A stretch of 63,774 nt of DNA, filler included. It is 5 parts of 5 records of this genome, joined end to end, with 100 filler letters (N's around TTAATTAATTAA, not from the genome) between each part and the next. Parts side by side here need not be neighbours in the genome. Positions count along the whole stretch, not along the records: positions 39,718 to 55,571 come from SRR20825006_62; 4 more parts are not named here. One strand, given 5' to 3'. The notes under the pieces are model-generated. The model worked only from the letters and a program-made list of their open reading frames with translations. It had not been told where the DNA came from and ran no database searches. Each line of letters starts with the position of its first letter. Position 1 is the stretch's first letter. This document shows positions 39,618 through 53,105 of this stretch, piece after piece. The position numbers were made by a program, and so were the translations under genes.

Positions 39618-39717
39618 NNNNNNNNNNNNNNNNNNNNNNNNNNNNNNNNNNNNNNNNNNNNTTAATTAATTAANNNNNNNNNNNNNNNNNNNNNNNNNNN
39701 NNNNNNNNNNNNNNNNN
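39618..39717. other. Artificial contig linker
   Basis: N44-TTAATTAATTAA-N44. Confidence 0.98.
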
Positions 39718-39718
39718 G

Positions 39719-40120
39719 TACTTCCTGCCGTTCTATGCGATCCTGCGCTCGATTACGTTTGATCTTGGTATACCATTCACTGATATAGTGTTCATTCCTG
39801 CCAAGCTTTTGGGTGTGCTTGCGATGTTTGCGTCGATCCTTGTGTGGCTGTTCCTGCCATGGCTGGATACATCCAAGGTTCGCTCTGGCAAGTTCCGTCC
39901 GACCTTCCGCTGGTTCTTCCTCTTCCTCGTGATCGACATGTTTGTCCTCACGATCGTTGGCGGCAAGAAGCCTGAAGGTATCTGGCCGCTAGTTGGTCTG
40001 CTTGGCACGATCTACTATTTCGCTCACTTCCTGGTTATCCTGCCGCTTCTCGGAAAGATCGAGAAAACGCTGCCATTGCCGGAAAGTATTGCCAACCCAG
40101 TTGTTAAAGCAGCTGAGTAA
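39719..40120 (+). CDS. petB: Cytochrome b, C-terminal part
   Basis: YFLPFYAILRS (end of the PEWY region), LPWLDTSKVRSGKFRP; upstream of cytochrome c1. Confidence 0.93.
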   Translation, partial: YFLPFYAILRSITFDLGIPFTDIVFIPAKLLGVLAMFASILVWLFLPWLDTSKVRSGKFRPTFRWFFLFLVIDMFVLTIVGGKKPEGIWPLVGLLGTIYYFAHFLVILPLLGKIEKTLPLPESIANPVVKAAE

Positions 40121-40131
40121 GGGGATTCACG

Positions 40132-40923
40132 ATGAAACTAGTTAAGAACATTGCGATTGCCCTGACCGCGGCTGTAGGTCTCGCTGGGGCATCATATAGC
40201 GCGGGTGCTGACAAGCACCCGATGCAGATGGAATGGGAATTTGAAGGCCCGTTCGGCAAACTGGATGTTACCTCTGCCCAGCGCGGCTGGCAGGTGTACA
40301 AACAGGTTTGTTCGGCATGTCACGCCCTTAAATACTTCCGGTTCCGTAACCTTGCGGACCTCGGTTACGAAGAAGACATGATCAAAGCGTGGGCTGCTGA
40401 ATATGAAGTGCCTGGTGAAATTGATGATGCGGGTGATCCTACTGTTCGCGCGGCTCGTCCGGAAGATGCCTTCCCGAGCCCGTTCCCGAACGACAACGCT
40501 GCTCGTGCATCAAACGGCGGCGCACTGCCACCGGATCTTTCGCTGATGGCGAAGGCGCGTCATGACGGAGCAAACTACCTCTATAGCCTTATGACTGGCT
40601 ATGAAGATGCGCCGGCTGGCCGCGATATTCCGGCTGGTAAACAGTATAACCCTTACTTCAAGGGCGGCGCGATCTCCATGGCACCTCCGCTAGCAGAAGG
40701 TATCGTTGAATATGAAGACGGTACTGCTGCGACACCGGAGCAAATGGCAAAAGACGTCACCAACTTCCTGATGTACGTGGCTGAGCCAAAACTTACAGTG
40801 CGTCATAACATGGGGCTGAAAGTTCTGCTGTTCCTAGGTATCCTTACAATCATCCTCTACTTCTCCATGAAGAAGATCTGGAAGCCGGTGAAAAGCGGTA
40901 AGAACTTCTACGAAGACAAATAG
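40132..40923 (+). CDS. petC: Cytochrome c1
   Basis: RGWQVYKQVCSACH heme motif, PPDLSLMAKAR, C-terminal TM. Confidence 0.96.
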   Translation: MKLVKNIAIALTAAVGLAGASYSAGADKHPMQMEWEFEGPFGKLDVTSAQRGWQVYKQVCSACHALKYFRFRNLADLGYEEDMIKAWAAEYEVPGEIDDAGDPTVRAARPEDAFPSPFPNDNAARASNGGALPPDLSLMAKARHDGANYLYSLMTGYEDAPAGRDIPAGKQYNPYFKGGAISMAPPLAEGIVEYEDGTAATPEQMAKDVTNFLMYVAEPKLTVRHNMGLKVLLFLGILTIILYFSMKKIWKPVKSGKNFYEDK

Positions 40924-40947
40924 GTCATACAGAATGGCAAGATTGTG

Positions 40948-40979
40948 AAGGGCTGCTCATTGAGCGGCCCTTTTCTTTT
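40948..40979 (+). terminator. Rho-independent terminator after petC
   Basis: AAGGGCTGCTCA-T-TGAGCGGCCCTT stem followed by a T-rich tail. Confidence 0.8.
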
Positions 40980-41032
40980 GGCATGAGAGCCTAAAATAAC
41001 TAGGCTGCTGAAAACACCTTCAGGGGGAAGAT

Positions 41033-41452
41033 ATGAGAAACCTAATTCTAGCGACCGTTGTAGCAGCTATGACCACCTTCGGGGCGGCAGCTGAAAATGA
41101 GCAGGCAAGCCTACCGTTCTCAAAAGCCGTGAGGGTAGGGGATATGCTGTACCTGTCAGGTGAGCTCGGTGCCAAACCAGGCACGATGTCATTGGTACCA
41201 GGGGGCATCGGCCCTGAGACAAGACAGACTATGGACAACATCAAGGCAACGCTTGAAGCCAATGGTTCCGATATGAGCCATGTGGTGAAATGCCTTGTTA
41301 TGATGGCTGACATCAAGGAATGGGCGGCTATGAACGAGGTGTACCGCACCTACTTCACAGATCGTTTTCCTGCGCGGAGTGCAATGGGCGCGTCGGGTCT
41401 AGCGTTAGGCGCCAGAGTGGAAATCGAATGCTTGGCGACGGTGAAAAAATAG
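41033..41452 (+). CDS. RidA/YjgF/UK114-family protein with signal peptide
   Basis: PFSKAVRVGDMLYLSG, MNEVYRTYF, FPARSA, VEIEC. Confidence 0.9.
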   Translation: MRNLILATVVAAMTTFGAAAENEQASLPFSKAVRVGDMLYLSGELGAKPGTMSLVPGGIGPETRQTMDNIKATLEANGSDMSHVVKCLVMMADIKEWAAMNEVYRTYFTDRFPARSAMGASGLALGARVEIECLATVKK

Positions 41453-41459
41453 TTTCCCG

Positions 41460-41891
41460 TTAGCGCACGCCAAAGCCTTTTGAGATTCGGCCAAGATAGT
41501 CCGCTAGTTTGGCCGCCTCTTCGTCGCTCAAAATATCATCAAGTATGGCGTTTACCGCTGCAAACGGTCCCTTAATGTCACCAAGGGCTTGTTTGCCCTT
41601 CTCTGTAAGGCTCAGGAGCCAGGCACGCCCGTCCTCAGCGCTTTTCTGTCTTTCAATATAACCGAGTTTAAGAAGTCTCTTCACCATTGCGGTAACGGCG
41701 GATTCGTTCTGGCCAAGTGTGTTCGCGATCACTTTCTGCGATGCAGCGCCCTCAGTCATCAGAATGGATAGAACAGCGGCCTGTGCCGTTGTAACCGCCG
41801 CACTGTCTAAAAGTGCGCGGTCCGCGTGCTTTTTGAGGTGGTGGGCCGCGAGCTGCAGTCGCAGATAGAGCCGATGTTGATTTGCTGCCAT
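41460..41891 (-). CDS. MarR-family transcriptional regulator
   Basis: SAVTAMVKRLLKLGYIER, DGRAWLLSLTEKG wing. Confidence 0.9.
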   Translation of the reverse strand: MAANQHRLYLRLQLAAHHLKKHADRALLDSAAVTTAQAAVLSILMTEGAASQKVIANTLGQNESAVTAMVKRLLKLGYIERQKSAEDGRAWLLSLTEKGKQALGDIKGPFAAVNAILDDILSDEEAAKLADYLGRISKGFGVR

Positions 41892-41930
41892 GCGGATACC
41901 TTAGCAACTTGATTTTATGCTCCAAAGAAC

Positions 41931-41960
41931 CTAATTTACTTCACTAGTAAAGTAAATTAG
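41931..41960. promoter_or_regulatory. Palindromic operator, probably for the adjacent MarR
   Basis: CTAATTTACTTCACTAGTAAAGTAAATTAG, near-perfect 30-bp palindrome between the divergent marR and amidohydrolase genes. Confidence 0.7.
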
Positions 41961-41969
41961 GAGAATGAC

Positions 41970-42782
41970 ATGGCTGCGATTGATGTCTGGGCGCAAATCA
42001 CTACCGAACGCATGGCCAGAGAACCTTGGATGGCTACGCTTCTGCGCTGGACAGGGCGCTCAGGCGAGGTGATCACACCAACGGTGGAAGAGACGCTAGC
42101 AAGCATGGATAAGGCGGGCGTGGATATCAGCCTTTTGTCTGCGTGGCATGGTCCTAAGGGCAGCTTGATCAGCAATGAAGAGGTTGCCGCGCAGATCACA
42201 CTGGCACCTGCCAGGTTCCGGGGGCTTGCGACGGTTGACCTTAATGATCCGATGGGCGCGGTACGAGAGATCAGGCGCGTTGTTGATGGAAAGTCATTTA
42301 TTGGCGTGAGGGTGGTGCCGTGGCTGTGGGATCTTCCGCCGAATGACCGGCGGTACTATCCTGTTTATACGGCATGCGTTGACGCTGGTGTGCCTTTCTG
42401 CACCCAGGTCGGTCACACGGGGCCGTTATGTCGGTCCGAACCCGGTCGCTTGATCCCTTATCTTGATGATGTGCTGCTTGATTTCCCGGAACTGAAAATC
42501 GTCGGCGGGCATGTGGGCTTTCCGTGGATTGATGAAGTGGTGTCGCTGGCACTCAAATATCCGAACTTTTATGTGGATACCTCGGCATACGCCGTGCGCC
42601 GCTTGCCCAATGATCTGGTGGCATTCATGAAAGGGCCAGGTGCGAAGCGTGTGCTCTTTGGCACCAACTGGCCCATGCTTTCGCCTGTGCAATGTTTGAA
42701 GGGGTTAAGCGAACTCGGGTTAACCTCAGAACAAGAGAAAGGTTTCCTTGAGGGTAACGCGCGGCGCGTGTTTAATCTTTAG
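41970..42782 (+). CDS. Amidohydrolase_2-family protein
   Basis: YYPVY.AC, GGHVGFPW, YVDTSAY, VLFGTNWP. Confidence 0.88.
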   Translation: MAAIDVWAQITTERMAREPWMATLLRWTGRSGEVITPTVEETLASMDKAGVDISLLSAWHGPKGSLISNEEVAAQITLAPARFRGLATVDLNDPMGAVREIRRVVDGKSFIGVRVVPWLWDLPPNDRRYYPVYTACVDAGVPFCTQVGHTGPLCRSEPGRLIPYLDDVLLDFPELKIVGGHVGFPWIDEVVSLALKYPNFYVDTSAYAVRRLPNDLVAFMKGPGAKRVLFGTNWPMLSPVQCLKGLSELGLTSEQEKGFLEGNARRVFNL

Positions 42783-43123
42783 TCGCCAGTAGGGATATGC
42801 TTGCCGGTGCCGTCGCCTTTGCATTGCCACCGGCGGGCGCGGTTCTCAACCATCTTGTTTGTGATCTCTTGGGTGAGGTCGAGTCCATTAAGTTCAAGCA
42901 GCCGGTACAAAAGAATGGCGATATCAGCTGTTTCTTTGCCTATTTCGGGTTTATCGCCCGCAATCGTAGCGTCAAGAAGCTCTTCCATCTCATTCATAGC
43001 GCGCCGGACAAGTACAGCGTGATCCTGAACTGGGCCGAAAGTGTCTTCAGCCCAGCGCGTGACTGTTTTCTGCGTCTCAGCCATGGCCTTCAAGCACTGA
43101 CCGCAAGTTAAAGGCTGTGTCAT
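42779..43123 (-). CDS. MazG-like nucleotide pyrophosphohydrolase (dATP/dGTP PPase, DUF550-like)
   Basis: WAEDTFGP, EMEELL, ETADIAILL, KMVENRARRW. Confidence 0.75.
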   Translation of the reverse strand: MTQPLTCGQCLKAMAETQKTVTRWAEDTFGPVQDHAVLVRRAMNEMEELLDATIAGDKPEIGKETADIAILLYRLLELNGLDLTQEITNKMVENRARRWQCKGDGTGKHIPTGD

Positions 43124-43724
43124 GCTTGGCGATTACCTCGGACAAATCGCCGGTATGGATATCGAACAGCAGACCTTTGAGTGCGAGTTTGCCCGCTGAA
43201 ACCCGATCTGCAACAAACGGGAAGGACTTGAGATTCTGGATCGACAGGTGGATGGCCGCGCGTTCCAGCAGTCGTTTGCGGGTGGCGGGGTCTTCTGCAG
43301 TGATATGGCCATAGCTTTCCATCCATTGATGAAGAGGGCGCATCCACTGACCTACAAAGCTGTCAGCAGGCATGTTGCGGTCAACAACGCTTGCCACGCC
43401 GCCGCAACCCGCGTGCCCCATCACAACAACGTTTGAAACTTCAAGTACTGTAACCGCAAACTCGATCGCTGCGGAGGTACCGTGGTGGCCCTCATCCTTT
43501 TCATAGGGCGGCACCATGGCGGCAACGTTTCTCACGACAAAAAGGTCCCCAGGGCCAGCTGTCAGAATTTGCTGAGGCAATACTCGGCTATCGGAACATG
43601 CAATTACGAGCGTATGAGGGGTTTGTCCCTGTGATGCCAGTTCTTCATAGAGCGCGCGGTCCCGTTCAAAGGCTTCTTCACGAAAGGTGCGGTAGCCGGT
43701 TAGCAGCCGTTCGTCGATACTCAT
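43077..43724 (-). CDS. Beta-class carbonic anhydrase
   Basis: CSDSRV, GDLFVVRNVA, GHAGCGG. Confidence 0.95.
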   Translation of the reverse strand: MSIDERLLTGYRTFREEAFERDRALYEELASQGQTPHTLVIACSDSRVLPQQILTAGPGDLFVVRNVAAMVPPYEKDEGHHGTSAAIEFAVTVLEVSNVVVMGHAGCGGVASVVDRNMPADSFVGQWMRPLHQWMESYGHITAEDPATRKRLLERAAIHLSIQNLKSFPFVADRVSAGKLALKGLLFDIHTGDLSEVIAKHDTAFNLRSVLEGHG

Positions 43725-43852
43725 GTGCTTTGTACCTCGTTTGTTGTGGTGTCTCTTTCATAGGGCGCTTGCGCTTTTATCGCCAGCATTTTTGATAGAT
43801 TGATGGTGCCGCTTCCAGACGGACTTGACTACGTAAAGGGGAGGAAGCTGGA

Positions 43853-44413
43853 TCAGCGGTGAAACTCGAAATTTTCAATGCAGGCCTTGGGCGCACCGGC
43901 GCCGAGATCAATATAATGCATGTCCTTGATGCTATCTCGGTGAAAGCTTGTGCTCTGCCGTTCGCTGTTGTCTCCGTAGGGGATGCGGGCGCGGCCGTAG
44001 ACAAGGAGATACTTTATTTCACCATCATCGTCCGAGAGTGGGTACTGGAGTGATTGGTACTCATATCGGGCACCTGACGGGGTCGTGATAACGTCGCTTA
44101 CAAAGGCCCCGCATGGGGTTCCCAATACATAGGTATGAAACACAGACAATGGTTTTACGAACGCGGGCGGCAGTAGGTCATAATAGTTCTTGCCGGTAAC
44201 CTTGATACCTGACACGCGCTCTATACCGGCACCATAAAAAAGCACTTGCATGTCCAGATGCCCACGCATTTCACCAATGCCAATATAATGCAGCATTTCA
44301 CCGAAACGAACGGGAGAGATGTCTCGTTTCGCAGGCACCAGAGGATGTGCGTTGCGAGGCAAGGTTTCCCAGCAGGTTTGAAATTCGTTAAATTCTGGTG
44401 CGAGCTCGACCAT
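43853..44413 (-). CDS. PAS-like (PAS_5-type) domain protein
   Basis: WETLPR..P.KRDISP pattern, PCGA, YPLSDDDG; typical alphaproteobacterial standalone PAS. Confidence 0.6.
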   Translation of the reverse strand: MVELAPEFNEFQTCWETLPRNAHPLVPAKRDISPVRFGEMLHYIGIGEMRGHLDMQVLFYGAGIERVSGIKVTGKNYYDLLPPAFVKPLSVFHTYVLGTPCGAFVSDVITTPSGARYEYQSLQYPLSDDDGEIKYLLVYGRARIPYGDNSERQSTSFHRDSIKDMHYIDLGAGAPKACIENFEFHR

Positions 44414-44454
44414 AGATGAGGTTTCCTTCTTTCCCCATCATGCCCTTATAAGAG

Positions 44455-44943
44455 CTATTTTTCAATCTGGCGGAGTACGGCTTCGCGTTCTTCGGTGTCG
44501 ACAATGTTGAGAAGCACCTCCCAGAAACCTGCAACAGCCTCAGGACCTGCCCGTTTGTATGCTTCCGCGACCCGGTGGCGCTGGCTCTCAAAAAGCTCCT
44601 TTTCAAAGGCTTTGCCCTTGTCGGTGAGATAGAGAAGTCGCTGGCGACGATCCTCAAGCCCAGCGTCCTGCTGGATATAGTCATCCTCGACAAGCTGCCC
44701 CAGAACGCGGGACAGGCTTTGTTTGGTAATACGCAATAAATTAAGTAGGCCAGACACTGTGGTGCCGGGGTTACGTCCGACAAAATAGAGCACCCGGTGA
44801 TGGGCGCGCCCGAAGCGCGACTGTGCAAGAATCTCATCTGGGTCCCGGGTAAAATCACGGTACGCAAAATAAAGAAGTTCAACTCCGCGACGAAGTTCCT
44901 CTTCGCGTAAATAAAGGTTGGATTGCGGTAGTTTTCGTTGCAT
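44455..44943 (-). CDS. MarR-family regulator, PetP-like
   Basis: ELLYFAYRDFT, GRAHHRVLYFV, ITKQSLSRVL; divergent from ilvE. Confidence 0.85.
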   Translation of the reverse strand: MQRKLPQSNLYLREEELRRGVELLYFAYRDFTRDPDEILAQSRFGRAHHRVLYFVGRNPGTTVSGLLNLLRITKQSLSRVLGQLVEDDYIQQDAGLEDRRQRLLYLTDKGKAFEKELFESQRHRVAEAYKRAGPEAVAGFWEVLLNIVDTEEREAVLRQIEK

Positions 44944-44959
44944 ATCTGCTCATATAATT

Positions 44960-44980
44960 TATGTCAGCCTTGTTGACATA
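44960..44980. promoter_or_regulatory. Palindromic operator between the petP-like regulator and ilvE
   Basis: TATGTCA-N7-TGACATA perfect inverted repeat. Confidence 0.7.
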
Positions 44981-45055
44981 ATAATGACAGAATGTTACAT
45001 CGATCAAGTAAAAAGAGACATATTCTTATTTGTTTCGCGTTTTCGGAGAACAGAA

Positions 45056-45934
45056 ATGGCAAGTGCGCCCTATAATGACCGCGATGGTTGGATGTGGATG
45101 GATGGCGAGTATCAGCCTTGGAGAGAATGTAATGCGCACGTCCTTACGCACGCCTTGCATTATGCGGGTGCGGTCTTTGAGGGCCAGCGCGCTTATAATG
45201 GCACCATCTTCAAGCTGAAAGAGCACACGGAGCGGCTTTTCAACTCGGCAAAAATCCTTGGATATGAAATCCCTTATACGCAGGATGACATTAATAATGC
45301 CTGCCGGACATTGCTTGAGAAGAATGAGCTTGTAGATGCTTACTGCCGGCCAATTGTTTGGCGTGGAAGTGAAATGATGGGCGTTTCCGCCCAACAAAAC
45401 ACTATTCATGCCGCGATTGCAGTTTGGGAATGGCCATCCTACTTCTCACCGGAGGCACGACTTAAGGGCTTGCGGCTTGATATTTCAACGTGGCGTCGTC
45501 CTGCGCCAGACACCGCGCCAACCAATGCCAAGGCATCAGGCCTTTACATGATCTGTACCATGTCTAAACACGCGGCTGAGGCGAAGGGCTATCACGACGC
45601 GCTGATGTTTGACTATCGTGGTCAGGTGGCTGAAGCGACAGGCGCTAACATCTTCTTCGTACAGAACGGTGAATTGCATACGCCGAAGCCAGATTGTTTC
45701 CTTGATGGGATTACGCGCCGTACGGTCATTGGCCTTGCCAAAAAGCGTCAGATCAAGGTAGTTGAGCGCGCGATTATGCCAGATGAGATGGCAACATTCG
45801 AGCAGGCATTCCTGACCGGTTCTGCGGCTGAGGTAACACCACTGTCTGAGATTGGGCCCTATAATTTTGAAGTAGGAGAAATGACCAAGACGCTGATGTA
45901 TGATTATGACGCGCTGGTTAAAGGGAAAGCCTGA
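45056..45934 (+). CDS. ilvE: Branched-chain amino acid aminotransferase
   Basis: HALHYAGAVFEGQRAY, EATGANIFFV, LDGITRRTV, FLTGSAAEVTP; start at ATG 45056 after GGAG. Confidence 0.93.
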   Translation: MASAPYNDRDGWMWMDGEYQPWRECNAHVLTHALHYAGAVFEGQRAYNGTIFKLKEHTERLFNSAKILGYEIPYTQDDINNACRTLLEKNELVDAYCRPIVWRGSEMMGVSAQQNTIHAAIAVWEWPSYFSPEARLKGLRLDISTWRRPAPDTAPTNAKASGLYMICTMSKHAAEAKGYHDALMFDYRGQVAEATGANIFFVQNGELHTPKPDCFLDGITRRTVIGLAKKRQIKVVERAIMPDEMATFEQAFLTGSAAEVTPLSEIGPYNFEVGEMTKTLMYDYDALVKGKA

Positions 45935-45957
45935 TGGGCCTTCCCTGATTTCTTCGT

Positions 45958-46368
45958 TTAGCTCAACATTTTCGATTCTTTGATTGCACGTACGAGGTCG
46001 CTTAGCGCATCTCGTACGTTTGCACTTGGCAGCGTTTCAAGTTCCGGGATAATCAGGTCCATCTCCGTAATTCGGCCTGAAAGAATCTCGTCTCCAGACG
46101 GCAACCCTTCATAAAAGTATCCCACAGTTGTGTGCATGATGTGTGCGAGCAGGTACAAGCGACCAGCGCTCACACGGTTCAGGCCGCTCTCATACTTTTG
46201 CACTTGCTGGTAGGAAATGCTCAGGATGTTGGCGATGTCTTGCTGAGATAGGTCGAGCGAACGTCGTCTATCCCGAAGGCGCCGTCCCACATGTTTGTCT
46301 ATCAGGTCGGCTTTGCGTGCTGAAAGTTCCAGCATGCCGTCCTCAATTTCGTCAATTTGTCTGGCCAT
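45958..46368 (-). CDS. XRE-family HTH regulator
   Basis: IDKHVGRRLR, ISYQQVQKYESGLNRVSAGRL. Confidence 0.9.
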   Translation of the reverse strand: MARQIDEIEDGMLELSARKADLIDKHVGRRLRDRRRSLDLSQQDIANILSISYQQVQKYESGLNRVSAGRLYLLAHIMHTTVGYFYEGLPSGDEILSGRITEMDLIIPELETLPSANVRDALSDLVRAIKESKMLS

Positions 46369-46570
46369 AGATTTTGCTCCAGTTTTGCCGATGGGATTCT
46401 CCGTTGGCGCGTGCGACTTACTGTGCTAGAGATTTCGCCAACGCCGATGCGGCCAGTTTCTCCTTCAGTAGTTGGTGAAATTATACCATTGGTTGCATGA
46501 ATACGAGATTATAACCTTATGGGGGAAATGCAAGGGGACATTTCTCTCATTACGGGAGTGAAAGACTGCC

Positions 46571-47380
46571 ATGACAGCGAATTGGCTGAAGAAGACTGTA
46601 CTGAGTTTGCTTGTTTTAAGCGTTGTTGCGTGCAGTTCCAAAGATGATGAAGATCGGTATGTAGCGCGGGATGTAGAGGTTTTGTATAACCTCGCGCAGG
46701 ACAGCTTGGCGAAGAAGCGCTATAAGTTTGCGGCGGCAGCATTTGATGAGGTCGAGCGGCAACACCCGTATTCGGTGTGGGCACGTCGAGCACAGCTTAT
46801 GGCTGCGTATTCTCACTATATGACAAATTCATATGACGATGCGATTCTCGCGGCCCAGCGCTTCTTGCAGTTGCATCCGGGTAACCGCGGTGCACCTTAC
46901 GCATACTATCTGATCGCACTTTGCCAGTATGAGCAGATTTCAGACGTGGGCCGGGATCAGAACAAAACAACTGAGGCGGAAAACTCTCTTGTGGAAGTTA
47001 TCCGGCGGTATCCTGATTCAGCGTACGCAAAAGACGCCAAGCTGAAGCTTGACCTGACCCGTGACCACCTAGCAGGGAAAGACATGGAAGTGGGGCGTTT
47101 CTATCAGAGCCGTCAGGAGTTTCTGGCGGCCGAAGGGCGCTTCCGTAACGTGATTGAGCAATATCAGACCACGAGCCACACGCCTGAAGCACTTCACCGT
47201 TTGGTAGAGATCTATCTGGCGCTGGGCATCAATGATGAGGCTAAGATGGCAGCTGCTGTGCTTGGGCATAACTTCCCAGGCAGTAAATGGTATCGCTATA
47301 GCTACTCGTTGCTGAGCGGTCAGGATATGGTGCCTGAATATAGTGAGAAATCCTGGCTCAGCAAAATCTGGCCATTTTAA
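46571..47380 (+). CDS. bamD: Outer membrane assembly lipoprotein BamD
   Basis: Lipobox VVAC, EVERQHPYSVWARRA, TPR pattern; upstream of recN. Confidence 0.94.
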   Translation: MTANWLKKTVLSLLVLSVVACSSKDDEDRYVARDVEVLYNLAQDSLAKKRYKFAAAAFDEVERQHPYSVWARRAQLMAAYSHYMTNSYDDAILAAQRFLQLHPGNRGAPYAYYLIALCQYEQISDVGRDQNKTTEAENSLVEVIRRYPDSAYAKDAKLKLDLTRDHLAGKDMEVGRFYQSRQEFLAAEGRFRNVIEQYQTTSHTPEALHRLVEIYLALGINDEAKMAAAVLGHNFPGSKWYRYSYSLLSGQDMVPEYSEKSWLSKIWPF

Positions 47381-47398
47381 TACATCAGGGGGGACGCG

Positions 47399-51453
<4,055 letters not shown>

Positions 51454-51521
51454 GAATAACGCCTCTTGTGGTGCGGATAGGGCTGCATTAGGCTTTCCTC
51501 CAGGCAAGGACAGGGAAGCTT

Positions 51522-52490
51522 ATGTCACTCAAAATGTTGCAGATTACAGCGCCGATCTCGGCAGAGGCCAACATCAAAGCCATCTCGACATCGCATGAAT
51601 GCGTCATTTCCTATCATAAGGGTGTGGCGCTTGATGAGGACCACGCGCTCTTTTTCCTGCTCACCCGGTCCGGAGACAGGCAAAAGGCTATCGACGCGCT
51701 TCAGCAGCTTCTTAGTCTTTCATCGAAAGCCCGAATTTCCATCCTGCCAGTTGAGACCACTTTGCCGCATGTAGAGCAGGAAGGAACGGCTGACACACGG
51801 GAAGAGTTGTTCCAGAAGATGGGCCAAGGCGCCCGGCTCGACATGAACTTCATGATTCTCACGTTCCTGTCGACCATTGTGGCGCTTATTGGTTTGATGC
51901 AAAACAATGTGGCTGTCGTGATTGGTGCGATGGTGATCGCGCCGCTTCTGGGGCCCAACCTCGCTTTTGCCTTTGGCACGTCACTTGGCAACAAAGAGAT
52001 GATGACACAGTCATTTGTGACAGCTTTTTCGGGGATATCGCTCGCGGTCGCAGTGTCTGCACTGATTGGATTCGTTTGGCCAGAACTCCCTGATAGCTGG
52101 GAGCTCATGAGCCGGACAGAAGTTGGCCTTGGTGGTATTGCGCTTGCGGCGGCGTCTGGTGTTGCTGGTGTGCTGTCGCTGACGTCGGGGCTATCGATGA
52201 CCCTTGTGGGGGTTATGGTTGCTGTTGCGTTGCTGCCGCCTGCAGCGACATTTGGGTTTATGCTGGGGCAGGGCGAGCTTAAATTGGCTTACGGCGCACT
52301 CTTGCTGCTGGTGGTAAACGTAGTGTGCGTGAACCTCTCTGGCCTTCTGGTTTTCCTTGCCAAGGGTATTCAGCCCCGCCTGTGGTTTGAGCGGCGCATG
52401 GCAACCCCCTATGTCCTTGGTGGCATTGCGCTTTGGACGGTTTTATTAGCCATACTCATGTTTGTTATTGCCTTTCGGCCTGCAGGCTAA
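51522..52490 (+). CDS. TIGR00341/DUF389-family membrane protein
   Basis: AVVIGAMVIAPLLGP, LVGVMVAVALLPPA. Confidence 0.88.
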   Translation: MSLKMLQITAPISAEANIKAISTSHECVISYHKGVALDEDHALFFLLTRSGDRQKAIDALQQLLSLSSKARISILPVETTLPHVEQEGTADTREELFQKMGQGARLDMNFMILTFLSTIVALIGLMQNNVAVVIGAMVIAPLLGPNLAFAFGTSLGNKEMMTQSFVTAFSGISLAVAVSALIGFVWPELPDSWELMSRTEVGLGGIALAAASGVAGVLSLTSGLSMTLVGVMVAVALLPPAATFGFMLGQGELKLAYGALLLLVVNVVCVNLSGLLVFLAKGIQPRLWFERRMATPYVLGGIALWTVLLAILMFVIAFRPAG

Positions 52491-52613
52491 ATTATTTCAC
52501 TTCTTTCGCCGAAATGTCACCAGGCTGCCTTTTTGTTACCAAAATGTGACCTGCGTCATGCGGGAAGGTAATTGAATATAGTTATGCGTTTTATGCATGG
52601 CTACCACGCAAAT

Positions 52614-52628
52614 TTAACGCCTTCTTAA
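52614..52628. promoter_or_regulatory. Perfect CtrA-box
   Basis: TTAA-CGCCTTC-TTAA in an AT-rich intergenic region upstream of the 108-aa ORF. Confidence 0.6.
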
Positions 52629-52712
52629 TCATATCGAACAGGCCTATCTAAGCGGCGTCAGCAAGGGCTGACAAATAAGAATAAGCAGCGAGATTGGTTA
52701 AGGAGATTACCG

Positions 52713-53039
52713 ATGGCAAAAGTAGCAAATGAATTTGTAACGCTCGAAGCATATAGCTTCATGGGTTTGATGGCAGCGAATGGCAAAGTGCCTGGCGCCG
52801 TGTGTGGCCGCAAAGATAAAGAGTTTTTTCTGGTAACTGCAGAAGAAACCGTTTCCGAGCTTGCATTGGACCTGACAGCCAAAGGTGATTTCTTCACGTT
52901 GATGACCGCAAACGGCATGATGCGCGCTGAACCAGTTCGCAAACCTATCCAGTTCAAAATTACCCGTCCAAGCAGCCTTGGCGGCGGTTTTGGCGGCATG
53001 GGTGGCGGTGCCTTCGGTGGCGGTGCACTGGCTCACTAA
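52713..53039 (+). CDS. Hypothetical protein with Gly-rich C-terminal tail
   Basis: AAGGAG RBS, 108 aa, followed by hairpins. Confidence 0.7.
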   Translation: MAKVANEFVTLEAYSFMGLMAANGKVPGAVCGRKDKEFFLVTAEETVSELALDLTAKGDFFTLMTANGMMRAEPVRKPIQFKITRPSSLGGGFGGMGGGAFGGGALAH

Positions 53040-53105
53040 GAATTTCCCCAAGTGGCCTGGCGGGATAACCGCCGAGGCTGCGATCCTCAGGTCTCTTTAT
53101 GAGGC

